64,000 bases of DNA from Candidatus Micrarchaeota archaeon (GCA_016212395.1 JACRGF010000048.1:10759-74758), one strand, 5' to 3'; shown: positions 24,727 to 35,497, counted from the stretch's first letter. Translations and numbers: made by a program. The notes: a model not told the origin generated them from the sequence alone.

Positions 24727-26295
24727 ATGGGCGAGAAGAGCAGGGAGAGCGTGCTTGAAAAGTATACTGTTATTGCTGATGGAGTGCCTGCTGAAGTTGT
24801 CATTTCGAGGAGGGAAGGCGAGTTTGTTGACTCGTACGAGATTTCTACAGTGAAGTTTCAGAAGCCCACGCAGGCTGTTATCGATCATATTAGGCAGAAG
24901 ATTTTGGAGGACGTGAACTTGAAGGCTTCAGAGGTTTTGGACGCGGAGTCTATGGACACGCTTCACCACAGGTTCGTGTTGAAGGCAGGCGAGCTTGTGA
25001 ACAAGGAAATGTTCAACGTTACTCCGACGACGCGTTCTATTATCGTGGGGAAGCTTGCGCATGAGTTGCTTGGCTTGGGCGACTTGGAATTGTTTCTGGC
25101 TGATGACAAGCTTGAAGAGATAGTAGTTAATTCCTGCAAGGAGCCGGTGTGGGTTTACCACAAGAAGCACGGGTGGCTGAAGACGGATTACGTTATTCCG
25201 AGCGAGGAGAGCATTCATAATTTTGCGTCTATTATCGGGAGAAAGTCAGGCAGGCAGGTGAGCACGCTTTATCCTTTGCTTGACGCGCACCTCGTGCAGG
25301 GCGACAGGGCGAATGCTACGCTTTACCCGATTTCAGCAAAAGGAAGCTGCATCGTGATTAGAAAATTTGCGCGCAACCCGTGGACGATAGCAAGCCTCAT
25401 TCCGCCCGTGGGCAATACGCTGAGCGTTGAAGTCGCGGCGTTGCTGTGGCTGTGCATACAGTACGAGTTGAACATCGTCGTGGCGGGAGGCACTGCGAGC
25501 GGAAAGACGAGCATGCTGAACGCGCTCATGATGTTCTGCCCTCCGAACCAGCGGATTATTTCCATTGAGGACACGAGGGAAATTTACTTGCCTGATTTTC
25601 TTCACTGGACTCCGCTCGTAACGCGTTCTTCGAACACTGAAGGCAAAGGCGAAGTGACGATGCTTGACTTGATGGTGAACAGCCTGCGCATGAGGCCTGA
25701 CCGAATCGTCGTAGGGGAAATCAGGAGGCAGCGCGAGGCTGAAGTGCTGTTTGAAGCAATGCATACTGGGCACAGCGTTTACTCGACGATTCACGCTGAC
25801 AACGCGGAGCAGGTGAAGAACAGGATGATTACTCCGCCGATAAGCTTGCCTGAAACGCAGTTGTCTGCAGTGCACCTCGTGCTCGTGCAGTACAGGCAGA
25901 GGAGGACTGGCTTGCGTCGCGTGCTGGAAGTGGCGGAGTTCGTTCCGCAAGGCGCAGGCGTTTCGCTCAACAGGCTTTACCAGTGGAACGCGCGCAAGGA
26001 CGCGCTTGAAAAAGTAGGGGAATTCAAAAGGATTATTGACGAGCTCGCGTTGTATTCCGGAATGAGCCCGAAAGAGATAGCTCACGATTTGGAGGAAAAA
26101 GAGGCAGTGCTGGAATGGGTTGCTGAAAACAAGATTTCAGGGGTTAACGGCGTGGGGACGGTTATTGCGAGTTATTACAGGGAAAAGGAAAAGTTGATGA
26201 ACGTCGTGAAAAACAAAGGCAAGCCTGAAGAAATAATTTCCGCGAGAGAAGCTGGAGAAGAAAAAAATGTTGGCGATGCAGGGGTAAAAATATGA
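24727..26295 (+). CDS. type IV filament / Tad-like secretion ATPase (FlaI/CpaF/VirB11 family)
   Basis: Walker A GGTASGKTS, ISIEDTREI, RPDRIVVGEIR, His box TGHSVYSTIH. Confidence 0.9.
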   Translation: MGEKSRESVLEKYTVIADGVPAEVVISRREGEFVDSYEISTVKFQKPTQAVIDHIRQKILEDVNLKASEVLDAESMDTLHHRFVLKAGELVNKEMFNVTPTTRSIIVGKLAHELLGLGDLELFLADDKLEEIVVNSCKEPVWVYHKKHGWLKTDYVIPSEESIHNFASIIGRKSGRQVSTLYPLLDAHLVQGDRANATLYPISAKGSCIVIRKFARNPWTIASLIPPVGNTLSVEVAALLWLCIQYELNIVVAGGTASGKTSMLNALMMFCPPNQRIISIEDTREIYLPDFLHWTPLVTRSSNTEGKGEVTMLDLMVNSLRMRPDRIVVGEIRRQREAEVLFEAMHTGHSVYSTIHADNAEQVKNRMITPPISLPETQLSAVHLVLVQYRQRRTGLRRVLEVAEFVPQGAGVSLNRLYQWNARKDALEKVGEFKRIIDELALYSGMSPKEIAHDLEEKEAVLEWVAENKISGVNGVGTVIASYYREKEKLMNVVKNKGKPEEIISAREAGEEKNVGDAGVKI

Positions 26296-27161
26296 GGATT
26301 CCTTTGGCGTTGCTTCCGCCGAAAGCGCTTGAAAGCATTTCAAGGCAGATGGTTGGAGTTGGCGCGTTATTGTGCAAGATGTTTCTAAGCCTGAAGATGG
26401 ACTTGTTCCAGGCAGGCTTTGATTTTGCTCCGAAAAACTATTGCGCTGCAGCGTTCGCTTCTGCAGCGCTGAACGCAATAGTTTTTTTCTCGCTCGTGGA
26501 GCTGGTTGGTTTTGCTGCGAAAAGCCAAATGCACGAGCTCGCGGCAATTGCAGCTGTTGCAGTAGGCGGATTTTCTTTCCTGTCCGCGTTGATGTACCCG
26601 AAAATGATTGCGCGCAAGAGAGTGCGCGCGCTTGACACGAACTTGATTCCCGCGATGAGGCAGATGCTCATAGAACTGCGCTCTGGAGTAACGCTGTTTC
26701 AGGCAATGCAGAGCGTAACAAAAGATTACGGGGAAGTGTCAGTGGAGTTCGCGCGGATTGTAGAACGCATAGACATGGGAGTCGCGGAAATGGTCGCGCT
26801 GGGTGAAGCAAGCAAGCGGAATCCATCCCCGAATTTCCGCAGGGTGCTGTGGCAGGTTTCGAACGCAGTGGTTGCAGGCTCTGATGTCACGAACGAGTTG
26901 GAAGCGATAGTGAATGACTTGACGAAGGAAAAAATGGATGATATTAGGAGGTACGGGCAGGAGTTGAACCCGTGGACAATGGCGTACATGATGTGCACTG
27001 GAGTCATTCCTTCGCTCGGTTTGAGCATTGCAATCATATTGCTTTCTTTCATGAGCGTCGGGTTTCCGAAAATAATTCTGCCCATGACGATAGTGGGGAT
27101 AGTGCTGTTCAACGTTTTTTTCATGAACTTCATCAAAAACAGGAGGCCCGTGATAGATTAG
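26292..27161 (+). CDS. pilus platform protein, single T2SS-F domain (TadB/EpdJ-like)
   Basis: ATGA overlap with the ATPase; cytoplasmic helical domain flanked by TM segments. Confidence 0.7.
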   Translation: MRIPLALLPPKALESISRQMVGVGALLCKMFLSLKMDLFQAGFDFAPKNYCAAAFASAALNAIVFFSLVELVGFAAKSQMHELAAIAAVAVGGFSFLSALMYPKMIARKRVRALDTNLIPAMRQMLIELRSGVTLFQAMQSVTKDYGEVSVEFARIVERIDMGVAEMVALGEASKRNPSPNFRRVLWQVSNAVVAGSDVTNELEAIVNDLTKEKMDDIRRYGQELNPWTMAYMMCTGVIPSLGLSIAIILLSFMSVGFPKIILPMTIVGIVLFNVFFMNFIKNRRPVID

Positions 27162-27176
27162 GGAGCGTGTGAAAAA

Positions 27177-28187
27177 ATGGTTGAATTGATTGACAAGCTT
27201 CTTTCAGTGACTGGCGCGATAGCTCCGAAAAGCATGCTGGATAGCTTTGACAAGACGCTTGCAGAAGCGGATTTCGACACGTCCGCAAAAAAATACGCGG
27301 GCTTCATGCTGTGGAGCGCGCTGCTCATTGCAGTGCTCGTGTTTTTCATTGCTTGGAATTTCATTTCCGTAGAATACAGCCTTGCAGTGTCAGCGTTCTT
27401 TTTCGTGCTGGGCATTGCAATGTTTTACTTGATAGTGTCGATGATTGCGGACTCTCGCGCGAAAAAAATAGATGAGGTTTTGCCTGACGCGATTTCAATG
27501 ATTTCAGCAAACGTGCGCGCCGGAATGACTGTTGAAAATGCAGTGCTCGTGTCCGCTCGCCCTGAATTCGGCCCGCTCGAGGAGGAGATAAGGCTTGCGA
27601 GCGCGAAAACTTACGGAGGAATGAGCATGAGCCAAGCGTTCGCCGAGATGGGCGGGCGCGTGCGCTCGAACCAGTTGAAGCGCACTGTTAAAATGTTTAT
27701 AGAAGGAAGCAAGCTCGGAGGTCAAATGGCGCAGTTGCTGAACGAGATAGCGCGCGACTTGCGCGAGCTTTCCGCCTTGCGCAGGGAAATACAAAACGCG
27801 ACGCTCACTTACACGATATTCATATTGTTCAGCACAGTAATAGCATCGCCGGTGCTGTTCGCAACGTCTGTTTACTACGCGCAAGTGAACGAGAAGGTTA
27901 CAAGCAAAATAGCGTTGAGCGGCGAGCTTCCGACAGCAGGCATGGGGGGTTTCGTGCCGAAGTACAACAAGCAGAACGCCATTTCCGCAGAAGAATTCTA
28001 CTCGTTCGCAATAGCAACAGTGCTCGTAACGTCGTTTTTGAGCGCGCTCGTGCTCGCGCTCATCAGGCACGGGAAAGCAACTGCAGGATTGAAGCAAGCG
28101 CCAATGTTTGCGTTCGCGGCAGTGGCAGTGTTTCTCGGAACTCATTATGCGCTTACACTGTTCTTTAAAGGATTCACGGGATTTTGA
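27177..28187 (+). CDS. pilus platform protein, single T2SS-F domain (TadC/EpdK-like)
   Basis: Second half-size FlaJ/TadC-like membrane protein 15 nt downstream. Confidence 0.7.
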   Translation: MVELIDKLLSVTGAIAPKSMLDSFDKTLAEADFDTSAKKYAGFMLWSALLIAVLVFFIAWNFISVEYSLAVSAFFFVLGIAMFYLIVSMIADSRAKKIDEVLPDAISMISANVRAGMTVENAVLVSARPEFGPLEEEIRLASAKTYGGMSMSQAFAEMGGRVRSNQLKRTVKMFIEGSKLGGQMAQLLNEIARDLRELSALRREIQNATLTYTIFILFSTVIASPVLFATSVYYAQVNEKVTSKIALSGELPTAGMGGFVPKYNKQNAISAEEFYSFAIATVLVTSFLSALVLALIRHGKATAGLKQAPMFAFAAVAVFLGTHYALTLFFKGFTGF

Positions 28188-28259
28188 AGAGAGAGAAGAG
28201 GGAGAGGGGAAGATTTGAACGCGCGTGTTCGCTCGCAAAGTTTTCAAAAGGTTTTTTGA

Positions 28260-28730
28260 ATGAAGGAAAAGATAGGCCAGGCGTCGCTTGAAATGCTTTT
28301 CAACTACGGGTGGATGACGCTAGCAGTGCTCATAGTGGTTGGAGTATTGTACAGCCTGGGGGTTTTTTCAACTCTTGAAAACGTTTTTCAAAAACAAGAA
28401 CAAACGATTGGGACTGCAACGTTCAAAATAGACGCGAGAATAGAAGCAGGAGGGAAAGCGAACTTCAACTTGGTGAACAAAGGAGGAGGGACGGTGACAG
28501 TAAATTACGTGAAAGTGAACAACGCGTTCCTCTCAAGCCCATCGCCTGAACCTCCGTTCCCGATTGCTGAAGGCGCGTCGTTCCAAATGCAAGGCGGAAC
28601 GAGCTTAAGCGGAAGCGTTGGGCAAAGCTTCAGAAGCGTGCCAGTGGAAATAGGCTTCGCGACTGCTTACAGCGAAACGCACGTTGACTCTGGAGTAATA
28701 AGCGGAACGTACGCTCCGAACACCGAATAG
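28260..28730 (+). CDS. type IV pilin-like protein (class III signal peptide)
   Basis: MKEKIG|QASLE then hydrophobic helix; Gln +1 and Glu +5. Confidence 0.7.
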   Translation: MKEKIGQASLEMLFNYGWMTLAVLIVVGVLYSLGVFSTLENVFQKQEQTIGTATFKIDARIEAGGKANFNLVNKGGGTVTVNYVKVNNAFLSSPSPEPPFPIAEGASFQMQGGTSLSGSVGQSFRSVPVEIGFATAYSETHVDSGVISGTYAPNTE

Positions 28731-28848
28731 AGAAAAAAAGGGGAGATTGAAAATGAACGTGAAAGAGTTGAGGAAGCATGCTGCTTTGAAACACTCAAAA
28801 TTGAATAGCGCGCGCGAGAATGGAAAAAAAATAAAGAGGCATGCTGGA

Positions 28849-29253
28849 ATGAAAGGGCAGGTTGCTTTAGAGTACTTGATTATGATAGGGCTGCTGTTGC
28901 TCGTGATAGTGCCAGTGTGGGCTTACGTCAACTCTGCCTCAACTGAAGAAAAACTCGAAGCGCGGACGACGGGCGCAAAGTACGCCGCGCAGAGAATAGC
29001 AGAATCTGCAGATGCAGTTTACGTGCAGGGGCCGCCGGCGAAACTCTCTATTTACGTGAACATTCCTGAAGGAACGCAGGCAATAACGTTTTCAGGGCAC
29101 GAAGTGAGTTTCCGCATTGCAAGCGCAGGAGGCTATTCAGACGCGTTCGCGCAAACGCTCGGGGAACTGCAGGGAAATGTCTCGACAAGCGCAGGACAAA
29201 AAAAAATAAAGGTGGAAGCAACGGATAATTTCGTGAACGTAACGAGCAACTAA
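28849..29253 (+). CDS. type IV pilin-like protein (class III signal peptide)
   Basis: Start moved to MKG|QVALEYLIMIGLLLLVIV; Glu +5. Confidence 0.7.
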   Translation: MKGQVALEYLIMIGLLLLVIVPVWAYVNSASTEEKLEARTTGAKYAAQRIAESADAVYVQGPPAKLSIYVNIPEGTQAITFSGHEVSFRIASAGGYSDAFAQTLGELQGNVSTSAGQKKIKVEATDNFVNVTSN

Positions 29254-29265
29254 TCATTTTTTCTT

Positions 29266-31035
29266 CTAGAAAATCTTTTTTCCAGTGAGCTTCAAAATTT
29301 CTTCAAGCAATTTCAAGTCGTCTTCCGTGATGTACTGCCTGAATTTTTCCTGAAGCAGGCGCGCGTGGTCTCTTGAAATGTTAGAGTAAAGAAAATCGTT
29401 TTCCTTGATTGTTCTTCCGAACACTGGCTCGTCCATTGAAACAGCAACCTTTTCGCCTGCTTTTGCTTCTTTCACGCTTTCCTTGTCGCTTTGAATCGCT
29501 TTCACAGTGCCGATGAATTCTCCTTGCTCGTTCACCATGTCTGAAGACTGCTTGAGCTTTCCCTTGAGTATTTCAACTCCGAAGATGGCGGGCTTGCATG
29601 CGCGGAAGCAGTGGTCCGGGAGAATGCGGATTTTCGCTGGAAGCGCGAGCATGTCAAAGCCAGTCTCTTTTTCCTTCTGCTTTTCCTGCTCGCGCCACGC
29701 GGAATAGCCGTCAAGCAAAGCGTAAACGACTTTCTCCTCGAAAATCGGAATCTTGTTTTTCTCAAGCTCGAGCCTCGCGTCTTCGTTCACTGGAACGTTG
29801 AACGCGAAAATAACCCCTAAGAATTTGTCTTCGTTTCGTATTGAAATTGTTTCAGAAACGTCTTTCTTCGAGACCGCGCCAATGCTCGCTTCCCTCACGA
29901 GAATGCCTTGCGCTTCAATCAAGCGCGTCAATGCTTCCACAGAGCCGAGCGTGTCCGCTTTCAGCAGCACGCCTTTGGAAGCATCGCGTTTTACGAGAAT
30001 GCTTTCAATTTCAGACTTTATTTTGTCTTTTAGTTCTTCTTCGTTGCCTGAAGACACGAGGAGAGGCGAGCCTGGAAGCGCGCTGTCCAAGCCTGGGGCG
30101 AAAATCTTCACTCCGCTCGCAGCATGCACTTCGTCGGCGTAACTGAATTTTTCGCGCGGGTCCCTCATTTCGTCGAGAGGCTTTGGCTTCAACAGCGCGC
30201 GCACTTTAGTTGAAGAAGAACCCTCGACAGTCCCGAAGACGATAATGTCGTTCTTTTTTATAGTGCCGTCGTAAAGGATGACGTCGATAGTTTTGCCGAG
30301 CCCGCGCTCTTCCCTTGTCTCGAGAATGCTTCCCTTGCCGGGACCGCTCACTTCAGTGCGCAGCTGCTGTTCGAGAAACTTCTGCGAAATGCCTGTCAAG
30401 TAAAGCAATAATTCCGAAACGCCTTCACCTGTTTTTGCTGAAACTGGAATGATGAGAATCTGCTTAGTAAAATCATTCACCCTGTCGAAACGCTCGCTTT
30501 CAAAACCCAGTTCGTGCAACCGCCCAACCAATTGGTACATTTTCTCTTCAAACAATTCCTGAACGCGCGCGTTCTGCTTTGAAAAACTCTCGAGGAAAGA
30601 AAGGTGTTTCGAAGGAATCCAGCCGTTCACCAAATCAATCTTGTTCGCCGCAACAACAAAAGGAGTCTTGTACTCTTTCAAAATGCTGAGCGCCTCGAGC
30701 GTCTGAGGCTGGAAGCCCTGCGCCACGTCCACAACAAGAATGGCAATGTCCGCAATGCTCCCTCCTCGCTTGCGCAGGTTCACGAACGCCTCGTGCCCAG
30801 GAGTGTCGATGAACAGCAAGCCTGGAATTTTCACGTCTATATTCAACGCCTTCAAAGCATTCCCGCAAATGCCGGTAATAACATCGAAAGGCACTTCGCT
30901 CGCGCCAATATGCTGGGTGATAGCGCCAGCTTCCCTGCTCGCAACCTTTGAAGTGCGGATAGCGTCGAGCAAGCTCGTCTTGCCGTGGTCAACGTGCCCG
31001 AGAACAGAAACAATAGGCTGCCTAATGACTGCCAT
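29266..31035 (-). CDS. infB: translation initiation factor aIF5B
   Basis: [21 protein letters not shown] GTPase motifs; 589 aa. Confidence 0.95.
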   Translation of the reverse strand: MAVIRQPIVSVLGHVDHGKTSLLDAIRTSKVASREAGAITQHIGASEVPFDVITGICGNALKALNIDVKIPGLLFIDTPGHEAFVNLRKRGGSIADIAILVVDVAQGFQPQTLEALSILKEYKTPFVVAANKIDLVNGWIPSKHLSFLESFSKQNARVQELFEEKMYQLVGRLHELGFESERFDRVNDFTKQILIIPVSAKTGEGVSELLLYLTGISQKFLEQQLRTEVSGPGKGSILETREERGLGKTIDVILYDGTIKKNDIIVFGTVEGSSSTKVRALLKPKPLDEMRDPREKFSYADEVHAASGVKIFAPGLDSALPGSPLLVSSGNEEELKDKIKSEIESILVKRDASKGVLLKADTLGSVEALTRLIEAQGILVREASIGAVSKKDVSETISIRNEDKFLGVIFAFNVPVNEDARLELEKNKIPIFEEKVVYALLDGYSAWREQEKQKEKETGFDMLALPAKIRILPDHCFRACKPAIFGVEILKGKLKQSSDMVNEQGEFIGTVKAIQSDKESVKEAKAGEKVAVSMDEPVFGRTIKENDFLYSNISRDHARLLQEKFRQYITEDDLKLLEEILKLTGKKIF

Positions 31036-31276
31036 AAAAAAACACCCTGCAACAACTGGCGAACATTAACTACGAAAACAAATAAAAGGCGCACACACGA
31101 ACGAAAAAAAAGCAAAACGAGCAACGTAGGAATGGAAAAAAAAATAATGCATAAACCAAAAACTTATTTTGCAGTGCCAAAAGTTTGCTTTGTTTTGCAG
31201 TTGTTTTTGTATTGTAAATTCGAACTGCGGTTCTCATTTACAAACAGGACAAAATTTTGGATTTTGTCCTTTGGCA

Positions 31277-31768
31277 CTACAAGTTTTCTCCCTTGAATTT
31301 TCCTTCGTAAGCGTGCTTTGCTTCCTCGCGCAAAGAGAAAAAGACGAGCTGGATGATGCGCGCGTTTTTCTTCAAAGTGATTCCTTTCTCGTTTTCAACT
31401 ATCAACAGAGACTCGCTTCTGCCCTCGTAGCCGGGATCCCACACTGCGCAGTGCACGTCCACTCCGCAGCGGAGCAGGCTCGAACGGGGAAACGCGAGCG
31501 CAGCGCAGTCAAGCGGAATTTTCACCACCTCGTTGTAAACAACTTTGTAAGCGCCTTTCGGAAGGAACGCTTCTTCATTAGCGTCAAACTTCAATTCTTC
31601 GCAGTCGCTCAAGACGCGCTGGGAATTGTCGAAATCAATTTTGCCAGGGGAGGAAAAACGGAAGATTTTCTGGAGCGTCAAGTCCACTCCGCAAGGCTGG
31701 AACTGCACGCCGCCCAAAAAATCGCGTATCAAGCCTCGCGCAATAATCTCGTGTTTCGGCAAAATCAT
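31277..31768 (-). CDS. dut: dUTPase / dCTP deaminase family protein
   Basis: GVDLTL...DPGYEGRSESLLIVEN pattern of archaeal DCD-DUT enzymes. Confidence 0.8.
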   Translation of the reverse strand: MILPKHEIIARGLIRDFLGGVQFQPCGVDLTLQKIFRFSSPGKIDFDNSQRVLSDCEELKFDANEEAFLPKGAYKVVYNEVVKIPLDCAALAFPRSSLLRCGVDVHCAVWDPGYEGRSESLLIVENEKGITLKKNARIIQLVFFSLREEAKHAYEGKFKGENL

Positions 31769-31885
31769 TCAAACCAACCCCAAGCGTAATTAACAACACG
31801 CAAAAAATAATAATAGGATGCAGAAGCGTGCTTGGTTGTCTTTCGCTTTTTCTTTATTTGCGTGCGAATGCAGAATAAGTTTCTT

Positions 31886-32374
31886 TTATCTTTTCTTTAT
31901 TTTGCTTCTGTTCGCGCGCTCGTCGTCCGCGTAAGCGACTTTGTCGAGTTCGAGCGTGTACTCGTGCACTTCGCTTGGAGAGAAAAAGCGCTCTATTTCC
32001 TTGTAAGCTGTTTCAAGCGAGTCGCTCGCGTGAATAATGTTGCTTTGAACGCTCAACGAATAGTCGCCTCGGATAGTTCCGGGCGCTGCTTCGCGGGAAT
32101 TGGTTACACCGCACATTTTGCGCACTGCCTCCACCGCGTCTTTGCCTTCCAAAACCATGCACACTACGGGTGTTGAACACACGAATTTTTTCAAGCCCGG
32201 GAAAAAGCTTTTAGTCGCGTGGTGCGCGTAGTGCGCTTTGCACAGCTCGTCAGTAAGCTGAATCATTTTCAAGCCAACTATCTTCAAGCCTTTGCGCTCG
32301 AAGCGTGAAACTACTTCCCCGATTATTTTCTTGTTCAACGCGTCAGGCTTCAGCAAAACAAAAGTCTGTTCCAT
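31886..32374 (-). CDS. ndk: nucleoside diphosphate kinase
   Basis: TFVLLKPDA...NIIHASDS. Confidence 0.95.
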   Translation of the reverse strand: MEQTFVLLKPDALNKKIIGEVVSRFERKGLKIVGLKMIQLTDELCKAHYAHHATKSFFPGLKKFVCSTPVVCMVLEGKDAVEAVRKMCGVTNSREAAPGTIRGDYSLSVQSNIIHASDSLETAYKEIERFFSPSEVHEYTLELDKVAYADDERANRSKIKKR

Positions 32375-32384
32375 AAAAAGCCCC

Positions 32385-32561
32385 TTACTTCTTTTTCTTC
32401 ACTTTCTTCGTAATCCACTTCTGGTACTTAGGATCGCGCTTGAGCACGAGCATGTTTTTCTTGCACGAGTTAGAGCAGAACTTTAGGATAGTGCCGTCCC
32501 TGCGCGCGAAAAGCAGGCCAGTGCCACGCGGAAATTCTTGTTTGCAAAAAGAACAATCCAT
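32385..32561 (-). CDS. rpl24e: ribosomal protein eL24 (L24e)
   Basis: Hand-translated MDCSFCKQEFPRGTGLLFARRDGTILKFCSNSCKKNMLVLKRDPKYQKWITKKVKKKK; absent from the ORF track (58 aa). Confidence 0.85.
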   Translation of the reverse strand: MDCSFCKQEFPRGTGLLFARRDGTILKFCSNSCKKNMLVLKRDPKYQKWITKKVKKKK

Positions 32562-32574
32562 TTGAATACACCGT

Positions 32575-32790
32575 TTAACGAGCCTTGATTATTTTGGCTT
32601 CACGCTCTGTCTCAAGCAGGTAAATCTTGTCCCCGCGCTTTACCGGGCCTTTAACGTTCCGCCTGATTACTCTGCCCTTGTCCCTGCCTTCGAGGATTTT
32701 GCACATGACTTGGTACACTTCACCGTAAATGCCTGTCTTTCCAATCACTTCAACAACTTCAGAGAGAGATGGCTCAACCAAGATAATCAC
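32575..32790 (-). CDS. rps28e: ribosomal protein eS28 (S28e)
   Basis: [37 protein letters not shown]. Confidence 0.9.
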   Translation of the reverse strand: MIILVEPSLSEVVEVIGKTGIYGEVYQVMCKILEGRDKGRVIRRNVKGPVKRGDKIYLLETEREAKIIKAR

Positions 32791-32797
32791 ACTCTAT

Positions 32798-33292
32798 TTA
32801 TTCCTTCTTTTCTTCAGCCGGCGCTTCTTTTTTTGGAGCGCGAGGCTTTTTCGCCTTCTTCTTCTTCTCCTCGCCGCCTTCAGCAGGAGCTTCAGTCTTT
32901 TCAACAGGCGCCTCGACAGAAGCTTTCTTCACTCCGACTGGAATTTTCTTCACGATTTCGTTTATAGCTTCAGAAGCATTGCCTGGCTTTTCTATCGCAA
33001 TAGCAGCGCACGGCACAGTCAAGCCCGCAGCCTTGCCGAGCTCGTTCTTGCTTGGAACGTACACGAAAGGAGCGCCTTTCTCACCGCAAATAAGCGGGAG
33101 GTGCATTACAACTTCCTCAGGGTCAACGTCCTCGGCGATTACAACAAGCTTCGCTTCCCCTCGCTCGATGATTTTAGTCGCCTCGTTCACGCCCTTCCTA
33201 ATCCTGCCAGTGTCGCGAGCCATTTCAACTGCCTGAAATGCTTTGTCCGCAACATCTTTCGGAGTCTCAAACTTCACATACGCCTTCGCCAT
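32798..33292 (-). CDS. rpl7ae: ribosomal protein L7Ae with K/E/A/P-rich C-terminal tail
   Basis: [29 protein letters not shown]; ATG 33292. Confidence 0.9.
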   Translation of the reverse strand: MAKAYVKFETPKDVADKAFQAVEMARDTGRIRKGVNEATKIIERGEAKLVVIAEDVDPEEVVMHLPLICGEKGAPFVYVPSKNELGKAAGLTVPCAAIAIEKPGNASEAINEIVKKIPVGVKKASVEAPVEKTEAPAEGGEEKKKKAKKPRAPKKEAPAEEKKE

Positions 33293-33567
33293 TATTCTCA
33301 CCTCGAAAAAAGGTTTCATCGAACTGCAGTCTCACTAAAAACAGTTCAAAGAAGAAAAACACTTTTGCTGAAACAAATTTAAAAGCGTTCGCATTCAACG
33401 CGCAACACGCGACAGGAAAAAACAGGGAAAAAAATTAACTTGCTTCAAAGAAAAAAAACGATTGAAAAAAAATGCTTTAGAAAAAAAACGATTAGAGGAA
33501 AAAAAATTCAAGACGTTTATTTCAATGCGAGAAAAAAAATAATGCTGCAGCTAATTTGTTTTCTTTT

Positions 33568-35475
33568 TTATTTCACTCTTTTCTTCGCCTCGGCGAGTGC
33601 TTGATAATTGAGCATTGGAAAGCGAGTTGATGGAGGCATGAACTGCGCCATTTCACTCCAGTCTTTGCCTGCTTCGCGCATTAACAAGCAGTACTCGACT
33701 AAAATTTCTGAAGCATCTTTTAAGGAGAGCCTGTTCGGATCAACTGCAGAAAGCCTTCCAGCAAATGCTGAAAAAAGCTCTCTGTGCTCGTAATCCTCAA
33801 TGCCTCCAATTGTTTTTGCAGCGTCGAGCACAAAACCGTAAACATAAAATAAAGCCGTTTTTTCAGCGAGCGCGTCACGGGCTGACGAAGGTTTTTCATC
33901 TTTAGTTTCTCTGCCTGAAGCTGCAACGCCTTGAGGCTGCAGTGCACTGGCACTCACCTGCGCTTCCAGCCTTTGCGCTTCATTCACAGCATAGGCTGCC
34001 AAGCCTTGAATAAAACGCGAGGAAGGCAGAATCGTTTCTATCAGTCTCCAATCAACGCCAGCACTTCGGGCTGCGATTGCAAAAGCAGTCGAGTAATCAT
34101 AAACGTCTGACTGCTTGAGCGCAGTCACATCGAGTTCTTTCAATCCATCAACAAAATCACGCAGCCCAGCATTTTCAGGATGTTTTTTCGCAACACGTTC
34201 TGCAGTCGCGCGCAAAGAAGAAACAACGTAAACCCTGTCTGCTTGTGAAAGCGTTTCGAAAACTTGCTCGTCGCCAAATTGAAGAGTTAACGTTTCAATT
34301 GCTAAACGCGCGTCATCGAAGCTTACGCCTCGTGTGATTGCCTTCAACGCGAAAGCACTCGCAGCATCAAGCAAAGTTTGGAGAGTATAATTAGCTGGTG
34401 AAACGCTGCCCATTAACCTAACCAGTTCGGCATCAAGCAAACCCTTTGGAGTCAAAGGCAGTGAGTCTTTAGGCTTCGGAGGCGCTGCGCCACCTTCAGG
34501 CTGTGAAGGGCGAGAAGCTATAGTGGTTGATGCTCTGCCAACTGCAGGCTGTTCTGTTTCACCAGCTGGCCTTCCAGCAGGCAATGCTTGCAGGCGCTCT
34601 CCTTCAACTGGAGGTTCTCCGCTTTGCACTTCAACAGGAGGAGCTTGCACAGGTTCAACAGTGCCAAGTGTTGCAGGCAAAGAAACGAACGGTTCGAGTC
34701 TCCTCAACTTAGGCAACGCAGGCTTTTTCTCGACGTGAGAAACTGCAGGCGGTTTTGAAGTGAAATAAATTATGGATGGAATCGTGTTTATTACTGCTGC
34801 AACTGCAACCAACGCGAGCGCTGAAGCGAACAAAAGCGGGAAAAGAAATTTCTGTCTTGAAACTCTTGGAGCTTCAACTTTAGAAAGTGGAAGAGGAACT
34901 GCACGAGCGCTTGAAGCTGCGAGTTGACTTAAATCTAAAACTCCTGAAGGTGCAGCAGGCGTTTCTCTGAGAGAAGTATGAACAGGGAGTGTGAATTCTC
35001 CTTGAACAATAAGAGGCGCTTGCCCTCGAGCTTCAGCAGGTTGTTCTTGAACTCCGAGAGAAGCAGAAAGAATTGGAGCACGTTCGTCTTGCGCTGGAAC
35101 ACCACTTGCTTGTGCGGGTTCTGCTTCTAGTCTGATTAATTTTGAGATCACGAAGCATGTTGCGTCTATTCGTTCTATTGCTGCGAGCACGAGTTTTCTC
35201 TGAGCAGGCTTTACTTTTCCAGCGAGTTCGCGCAGAATTTTTCCAGCTGTTCCTTTCGGCTTGTCAAGCGCTCGGCGTTCCAATTCTGAAATGATTTGCT
35301 TGAACTCTGCGCCTTTCGAGGTTAAAGCATCTTTCTTTAAAGCAGCGAGAGTAGTGTGTGAAAAGTCAGGAGTTTGCACTGCGCGAGCGCGCCTGCCTGC
35401 CAACGGCTCGGCGGAAATAGGATCGCTTGCTTTGGAAATACGCTTTTCCACACGCGCTCTTCCAGCTGAAGCCAT
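33568..35475 (-). CDS. hypothetical bitopic membrane protein (635 aa)
   Basis: ATG 35475 lies 23 nt below a TTTAAATA box; one central TM; P-rich linker; C-terminal helical repeats; no family recognised. Confidence 0.5.
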   Translation of the reverse strand: MASAGRARVEKRISKASDPISAEPLAGRRARAVQTPDFSHTTLAALKKDALTSKGAEFKQIISELERRALDKPKGTAGKILRELAGKVKPAQRKLVLAAIERIDATCFVISKLIRLEAEPAQASGVPAQDERAPILSASLGVQEQPAEARGQAPLIVQGEFTLPVHTSLRETPAAPSGVLDLSQLAASSARAVPLPLSKVEAPRVSRQKFLFPLLFASALALVAVAAVINTIPSIIYFTSKPPAVSHVEKKPALPKLRRLEPFVSLPATLGTVEPVQAPPVEVQSGEPPVEGERLQALPAGRPAGETEQPAVGRASTTIASRPSQPEGGAAPPKPKDSLPLTPKGLLDAELVRLMGSVSPANYTLQTLLDAASAFALKAITRGVSFDDARLAIETLTLQFGDEQVFETLSQADRVYVVSSLRATAERVAKKHPENAGLRDFVDGLKELDVTALKQSDVYDYSTAFAIAARSAGVDWRLIETILPSSRFIQGLAAYAVNEAQRLEAQVSASALQPQGVAASGRETKDEKPSSARDALAEKTALFYVYGFVLDAAKTIGGIEDYEHRELFSAFAGRLSAVDPNRLSLKDASEILVEYCLLMREAGKDWSEMAQFMPPSTRFPMLNYQALAEAKKRVK

Positions 35476-35497
35476 GAATATATTATGGGTTTTGGAG

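Noticed and set aside
31140-31270. Hairpins between infB and dut (GGACAAAAT-TTTGG-ATTTTGTCC, TGTAAAT…ATTTACA, GTGCCAAAAG…CCTTTGGCAC) considered as an ncRNA
   Set aside because: No box motifs or known family were recognisable. They are equally explained as a terminator or processing structure between two co-oriented genes.
33293-33345. Autoregulatory K-turn in the L7Ae 5' leader (GUGAGACUGCAGUUCGAUGAAAC)
   Set aside because: GA/GA dinucleotides are present, but the bulge and stem geometry does not fit a canonical K-turn or K-loop when drawn out.
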